This document shows, piece by piece, positions 27,421 through 33,156 of a stretch of 33,156 nt of DNA; within the stretch, counting starts at the first letter, position 1, and each line of letters begins with the position of its first letter. The stretch spans positions 1 through 33,156 of the forward strand of contig CAJVPI010000363.1 of NCBI GenBank assembly GCA_910592345.1, given 5' to 3'. This DNA comes from Paraglomus brasilianum (taxonomy: Eukaryota). The translations under genes and the position numbers were made by a program. The notes below the pieces were generated by a model. It ran no database searches. It had not been told where the DNA came from and worked only from the letters and a program-made list of their open reading frames with translations.

Positions 27421-27643
27421 GGAAAAAATGAATTGTAGTTATTATGGAGAAGATAAGGTAGAGGAGAATCTATAAATTTCAGATATAGAGGGCCAAGGAA
27501 GGGAAGAAGTAATGGATTTATAAGTATATTAATATTAATCCCTTCGAGTCGGGTTATCTTGGTAACACGAAAATCTCTTTTCAAGCACGTGCGATCGATA
27601 ATTATTTGATCAATCTCAACTTTTCTTTCCATACCTGATCACC

Positions 27644-29222
27644 ATGTCTTTGCTACGTCTTAATCCCACACTGCGAGCACTAACACGCGCTGTGACCCGC
27701 CCAAGTGCCCCCTTTGTGACAAGGAGTATTTTGAACAGAGCCGGAATTAGTAGCGCAAATGTCATTGGCAGACACTATGCTTCAAATCCCAAACCCAAAT
27801 CCTGTCATGCCAAAATCAAGGTGGGGATTCGTACAATGATGGAGAAGGTGTTATTCAAAGATGGCCAAACGTTGCGTGTTAACATTCTCGCGATCAATAG
27901 CATCCTGCTCCGGTTTGGGAAGCTAATGCAGTGATTAACGGAAATATAAGAAATCTTTCTCATCTCGATTTCGCAAATAAATATTTGGTGCTGCTCTTTT
28001 TCCCACTTAACTTCACATTCGGTAAGCGATAAGGAGGTAGAACGTAATCAAAATACCTAAATTACGCGTGATTTTAATGTTCTTTTGTTTTCCTTGACAT
28101 GTCCAGTGTGTCCCACCGAGTTGATTGCATTTTCGTGAGTTGGTTATGTCCAGCCTCTTTACTACTTGGATCTTTTATGGATTCTGATGCAATTTATTGA
28201 TAGTGATCGGATCGAGGAGTTCCAGGAATTGAATGCAGAGGTGGTTGGCGTATCTGTTGACTCGGAGTATTCTCATCTGGCATGGAGGTAAGCAAGCTAT
28301 ATAACTGAAGCTTTTGTAATTAGTTGGCGTGAAAAAGTAGGTCAAATGATTGTTTTCGTTTTGGCTAACAATGGTTTATAATGATAGTAATCTACCCCGC
28401 GATCAAGGTGGCATTAGTAATATCAGGTTAGTATTGCCATTAGTCTTAATATTTTATAATAACGCATTACCGTGATTGTTTTTCTTACCTGGTGTCTTTT
28501 ATATAGGATTCCGCTCGGTAATATTAACGTTCGCCTTTCCATTCATTTTGTTCCTGTTTATTGTTTCATTATTACTAACGATTGCTATTTTGTAGTATCC
28601 GATATAAAGAAAGAGATATCAACCGCGTATGGAGTACTGTTCGAAGAAAAAGGTTTCGCATTTCGGTACGGACAATGATTACTGGCCATGTGACTCGTGT
28701 TGATATAATTAACCAACGATTGATACTTTTATAGAGGTTTATTTATAATCGACGATCTAGTGAGTGGCGCATAGGTTATTGCTATGCTTTTGCGGCTGTG
28801 AATTCGATCGTGCATATACTCACAATCCATAACACATTGGATATATTTCCAGGGTTTACTACGAGTATCCCAAATCTATGACACCGAAATTGGTAATATG
28901 ATCTATTTCAACTCTGTCGAGACAAATACGCGGATTCAATAATTTGAGGAATGCTTATATAGGCCTTATCCATTTATGTTATGTGATATAGGACGATCGG
29001 TTGATGAGACGCTTCGATTGATTCAAGCAATACAACACGCCAATACTTATGGTGAAGTATGCCCAGGTAGATACAATTCATCAGTCTTTGCGGTTAATGC
29101 ATATTCATCGTTGATTAACATCCGATACTTTTGTATCTGTAGCTAACTGGAAAAGAGGCAGTCCAGCTATCAAGCCAAATCCAAGGGATTCAAAAGAATA
29201 TTTTGAGAAGCAAGGAAGATGA
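27644..29222 (+). CDS. Mitochondrial typical 2-Cys peroxiredoxin (AhpC/Prx1 class, PRDX3-like), 11 exons, 249 aa
   Basis: Exons 27644-27820, 27901-28021, 28107-28134, 28204-28287, 28388-28426, 28507-28517, 28596-28665, 28735-28759, 28853-28892, 28992-29066, 29143-29222 total 750 nt in frame. Motifs: [47 protein letters not shown]. The N-terminus is an Arg-rich, acid-free presequence. Confidence 0.95.
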
Positions 29223-31594
29223 ACCAGAACCGTGTATGGAAGGGCAGAAGTTAGAGATCAATTGTATTGCTTAGTTGATCCGTAGTCTTTGCTCGAATAA
29301 ATGCGATATTGGATAATAGTATGGTCAGCCAATTAATTGGTTGTGACGTATCATACATCTCAATCTGTAAAATAAGATTTCCATTCTAAGTCACAAGTTG
29401 TGACAAAATAAACATAATGCACACCAGAGATAGTCACAATGAATGAGTGAGAGGGAGAGAAACCGCTGATTATCACGCGTTTGTCTTAGCCCATATTTCT
29501 TGAAGCCAGTTAATTGGTTTCTCCTTTAAGCGGGAAGTTAAGCTAACAGTGATTATAACTGTTTGAATTCCTTTTATGAGGCAGGAAATAGTAAATTATA
29601 ATTAATTAAAAGTAAGCACCGAAATCAAGGATAGTATTATTCAACAAAATACTTACTTTCCTCGCTCGGCAGTAAGTCAATCTAAAAGAAAAAGTAAACG
29701 GATCTGTTAAATTATCAGTTTCTCGTGAGTCGACATGGATGACATGTACATTTTATCGAATATGATAATCTGGTCATCCACTACAACGATATCAGTGGGA
29801 TAAGATCATGCATTTTTAGCAAGATGAAAAATCATTTTCATATTAATATCTGATTAACCAATGTATGCCTTTGATATTCTATTGCTGCCCATCTTTTGAA
29901 AGCAATCCTTGACTACTAGATAATGGCAACTCCTCTATATCTTTTTGTTTAATTATATTGTGTGATGAACCTGCTCTGTGAAGCATTACCGCAGGGACGG
30001 CGATTTTAGCATCTCACGCATTAAATGTGTTTACTTACAATTTAAAAATTTTAAAATATACAGTATACTATATATCAGCAATAATATAATTTTTAACACG
30101 CCTTACTAAGTTTAACGACATCGAATGTACTGACGCGGGTGCGGTCGCTGGCATAATTTGACGTAAAAAAATAGATAAAAGTCTTATGTTTTTCTTTTGG
30201 AAAAAATATAATAATAGTAATAATCAAATTTCTGTCAAACGGTCATTGACACAGACTAATGGAGACCCTAAAAAACGCCTAGTAGTGTGCTTACTTTTAG
30301 TGACAATAATTTACGGTCAAATTTTTCGGGCTAAGAAAAAGTACATTATAAATCAGACATGAAAAAATTTTTTGCTTGCAATTTGTTTATTAGAAAAAAC
30401 TTGGAAATCTTTTACTAAGCTTCATTACAATATCGAGAGCTCGTTAAATTAGACCAAAGTTTCAGTCCCGTGACTTTTGGATGTCTGACATTTTAGCTTC
30501 GGTTCCATAGTAATGTCGTAATGAATGCGTTGTAGTCTGACCTATATTCCGAATTACAGTCGAACGCTTGTTTATCTAGATAGGAAACATGTGCAACTTC
30601 CGACAGTGTAGGCGTGTAAATTGCTTATAAAGTATAAAAATGTGTATGGCAACGTTAGTGATGTACTGTTGTACTGTAAGCGCAATTGATTAGCTGAATG
30701 ACTTTGTAACAATGGCTCATGAAGATGAGCATAACTTTTTAATAGGAAATGGCATTTAGGATGAAAATAAGGAAAGGAATGTGGAATGATTGCTTTAATA
30801 GATGACAAATTGAGGACAAATTTCATCGGTTTAAAGAGAATGATAGCGATAGTATAGTTTGAGACATTTTAGTTTATTAATATTTTGGGGAATGCAAAAA
30901 AGGTTCTATTGCAGAAAAAGTTAAGCAATACTTGAAATCTGTTAATTCTAGCTCAGTACGCGTTATATTTTACCAGCAAAAAATGTAAACAACAGTTGTC
31001 TATAACGCATCTTAAATAAATAAAATATGCTCAAAGTGTCAACAAACACTTATGAACAAAGTTGCTCTCTTTATTACATTATTGGAATGAAGATTTCAGT
31101 TCTGTGCCCGACCAGCAAGGGTCACAAAGCTATCAGTTACAACCGTGCGATATATGTTAGAAACTGGCACATTGGAGCATAGAATTTTGACAGTGGAAAT
31201 GAAATCTGTTCCAGAGTTTGTCTTAAATAATTTAGTAATTTAGTTGCTACGCCCGTTTTGAAAATAACGATGAGCGAACTAATTTGGCTTTCAAATAATG
31301 TATCATTTTGTGCGGTATACCTATAATGAATTTACTATACTGTATAGTAATATCTCTTATGGCAGCATGACAAATAGCGAAGAGAAAAAAGTATTAGACT
31401 ATGCCCTTTTGGTACGACAAAAAAGGTAGTGAGATAATTTAATCAATTTGGTAGCACATATTATAAACCGTCACGTAAACAATAAACTTTAGGGGGGGTT
31501 ATTTAACAGTAATCACAGTAACCTGCATTTGAAATAAAAAAATTATGTCATGTGTTCTTATGTAATAAACTATCGGTGAGGGAAGGTTATGCTA

Positions 31595-32203
31595 CTAATG
31601 GAGATAATCAGGGGACATAGGAAAGCTACGTTGCTTTGGAGACCAAGCACAACCATTGCACGGAACATAGCTCCGTTGCTTAGAATCGTTCGATTGCTTG
31701 GGACCATTCGAGGGTTGATTCGCTTGCTTCGGATCGTTCGGTGGCGGTTGCTTCGGAGGCGGTTGCTTCGGATCGTTCGGTGGCGGTTGCTTCGGATCGT
31801 TCGGAGGCGGTTGCTTCGGATAGGCTTGATTCGTATCGCCTGAGCCTGAAGGCGCGCCCGACGTACTGCCCGAGCCTGAAGTATCACATCCAGGGGCGGG
31901 ACAATCTCGCTTCACAGATAGAGGTATCTTATTATCTATATTCCATACTGGGACTTCATCATTTCGGCCTGCAATCTGGTAAAAGGCAGCTGGGGAGAAA
32001 TCAGTTACAGCAAAAGTTACTATTACGCTTTCCTTTGGACCTGTAATACTCATGTGAAATAAATCATGGGCTTCACCGTCACCATTCCCGTATTCAACTG
32101 TAGAGACAGTGCTCTTGCCAGACCCAAGAAACCGTGCCGAAGCTTTAACTGAAATAATAACAAGAATTGCTGTCGCCAACAGAGTAAATAACTGTCGAGC
32201 CAT
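31595..32203 (-). CDS. Secreted orphan precursor protein (202 aa) with signal peptide, KR site, PKQPPPND repeats and CLE-like C-terminus; candidate effector
   Basis: Intronless ORF with signal-peptide-like MARQLFTLLATAILVIISVKASA, SVKR|DCPAPGC, a GS linker, a repeat block and terminal RSFPMSPDYLH followed by tandem TAG TAG. Confidence 0.8.
   Translation of the reverse strand: MARQLFTLLATAILVIISVKASARFLGSGKSTVSTVEYGNGDGEAHDLFHMSITGPKESVIVTFAVTDFSPAAFYQIAGRNDEVPVWNIDNKIPLSVKRDCPAPGCDTSGSGSTSGAPSGSGDTNQAYPKQPPPNDPKQPPPNDPKQPPPKQPPPNDPKQANQPSNGPKQSNDSKQRSYVPCNGCAWSPKQRSFPMSPDYLH
31724..31819 (-). repeat. 24-bp coding tandem repeat (PKQPPPND)
   Basis: ccgaagcaaccgccWccgaacgat in three full copies, plus one 15-bp deleted copy and a final partial copy. 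Confidence 0.95.
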
Positions 32204-32464
32204 TTAATACTTGTTCTATTTGTAAAGAAATAGGTTTCGGAATAGGGGTGCAAAACGTGAGTAAAATAATGGATGATAATGAGGCGGGTCGAATTCTTCC
32301 CTCGGGTAGAAAAAGGATAAGAATTCAAGGATTGAAATAAAAAACGAGTAACTTAGTAATGGGCGCACGTTTGCGGGTGGCGCAAAAATTGTGTACCAAA
32401 TATGTCTGCCTCAAAGAGTTAATATACCATACAGCAAATCATATTAATATGATAAGATTATTAT

Positions 32465-32747
32465 TATCGGGAATTTACCTGCTAGGTCGCACAACCCGAC
32501 ATGTTGTGCAGTCCATAATATTTCTATTTATTGGGGGAGAAGTCTTCTGACGTAATCAGGAATTTATCCGAAGTGTTGCACAGCTCATAATATTTCTATT
32601 TATCGTAGTGGTACTCGAAATATTTATTATTTGTACAATTCTTCTGTTCGTACCACTACCATAAATAGAAATATGAAGAATACCGATGACAATAATATTT
32701 GAGACTGCACGACCTGGCAGGTTGTGCGACATGGTAAATTCCCGATA
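32465..32747. mobile_element. Nested inverted-repeat (foldback/MITE-like) element
   Basis: Outer arms are tatcgggaatttacc (32465-32479) and ggtaaattcccgata (32733-32747), with further paired blocks gtcgcacaacc and gtgcagtc. Inner arms 32590-32614 and 32650-32674 match at 24/25. Confidence 0.7.
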
Positions 32748-32856
32748 TAAAGATAAGAATGAATATGAAATAGAATTGATTTCTGATGAAAAGGTATGTG
32801 CTAGATCTCGGAAAACCGATACCGCTCAAAACCGATACTTTTTTCAATTCCCGTGC

Positions 32857-32860
<4 letters not shown>

Positions 32861-32887
<27 letters not shown>
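32861..32887. repeat. (TA)n microsatellite
   Basis: tatatatata run of about 13 units. Confidence 0.95.
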
Positions 32888-33156
32888 GACAAATCCCTCG
32901 TAAAACCGATATTACATATAGACCACGCAAACCCGATAAACCGATATTTTTTTGGCGATAGTCACAATACGATTGAGCCTATGTTATAATATAGTACAAA
33001 TTATTGGAATAGAACGTGTCCTGATTCTTGCAATTTCATTGGTCAACCAATGAAATCGCAAAAAATTTATGTACATTCGTATCTACAGTAACGTGCAAAA
33101 GTATCCTACCGGTTGTATCATCTAAACGTACATAATAATAACTCCTTAAATTTTCC

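Noticed and set aside
30100..30600. Transposon-like AT-rich tract and TACAGTCGAAC end
   Set aside because: TIR pairing was too weak to define boundaries.
31724..31819. Repeat block as a CRISPR-like array
   Set aside because: There are no spacers. The units are in-frame coding repeats in a eukaryotic gene.
31570..32046. Overlapping Arg-rich and VASDRS ORFs in other frames
   Set aside because: These are shadow frames of the stop-free coding repeat. Only 31595-32203 has an ATG and signal peptide.

Overview
This is eukaryotic, AT-rich, intron-dense genomic DNA with GT-AG introns mostly about 60-100 nt long. The gene content and intron style suggest an early-diverging fungus (Mucoromycota, plausibly Glomeromycotina), which is an inference. 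Five conserved multi-exon genes could be spliced by hand into open frames: a PLP homeostasis protein (YggS/PLPBP family), a WDR44-like WD40 protein, a Dnf1/2-like P4-ATPase flippase, protoporphyrinogen oxidase (HEM14) and a mitochondrial typical 2-Cys peroxiredoxin with 11 exons. Two orphan ORFs have intronless coding regions: a Pro/Ser/Thr-rich single-pass membrane protein with a PPxY motif, and a secreted precursor with a KR site, PKQPPPND repeats and a C-terminal RSFPMSPDYLH that resembles plant CLE peptides. The intergenic DNA holds pseudogene relics (PQQ-sugar-dehydrogenase-like, Crinkler-like), transposon ends, foldback elements, a poly(A) retroelement tail and microsatellites. The best leads are the CLE-like secreted protein (possible plant-peptide mimic) and a G-U-compatible RNA stem inside an oversized WDR44 intron. 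All family assignments come from motif recognition, not database searches.
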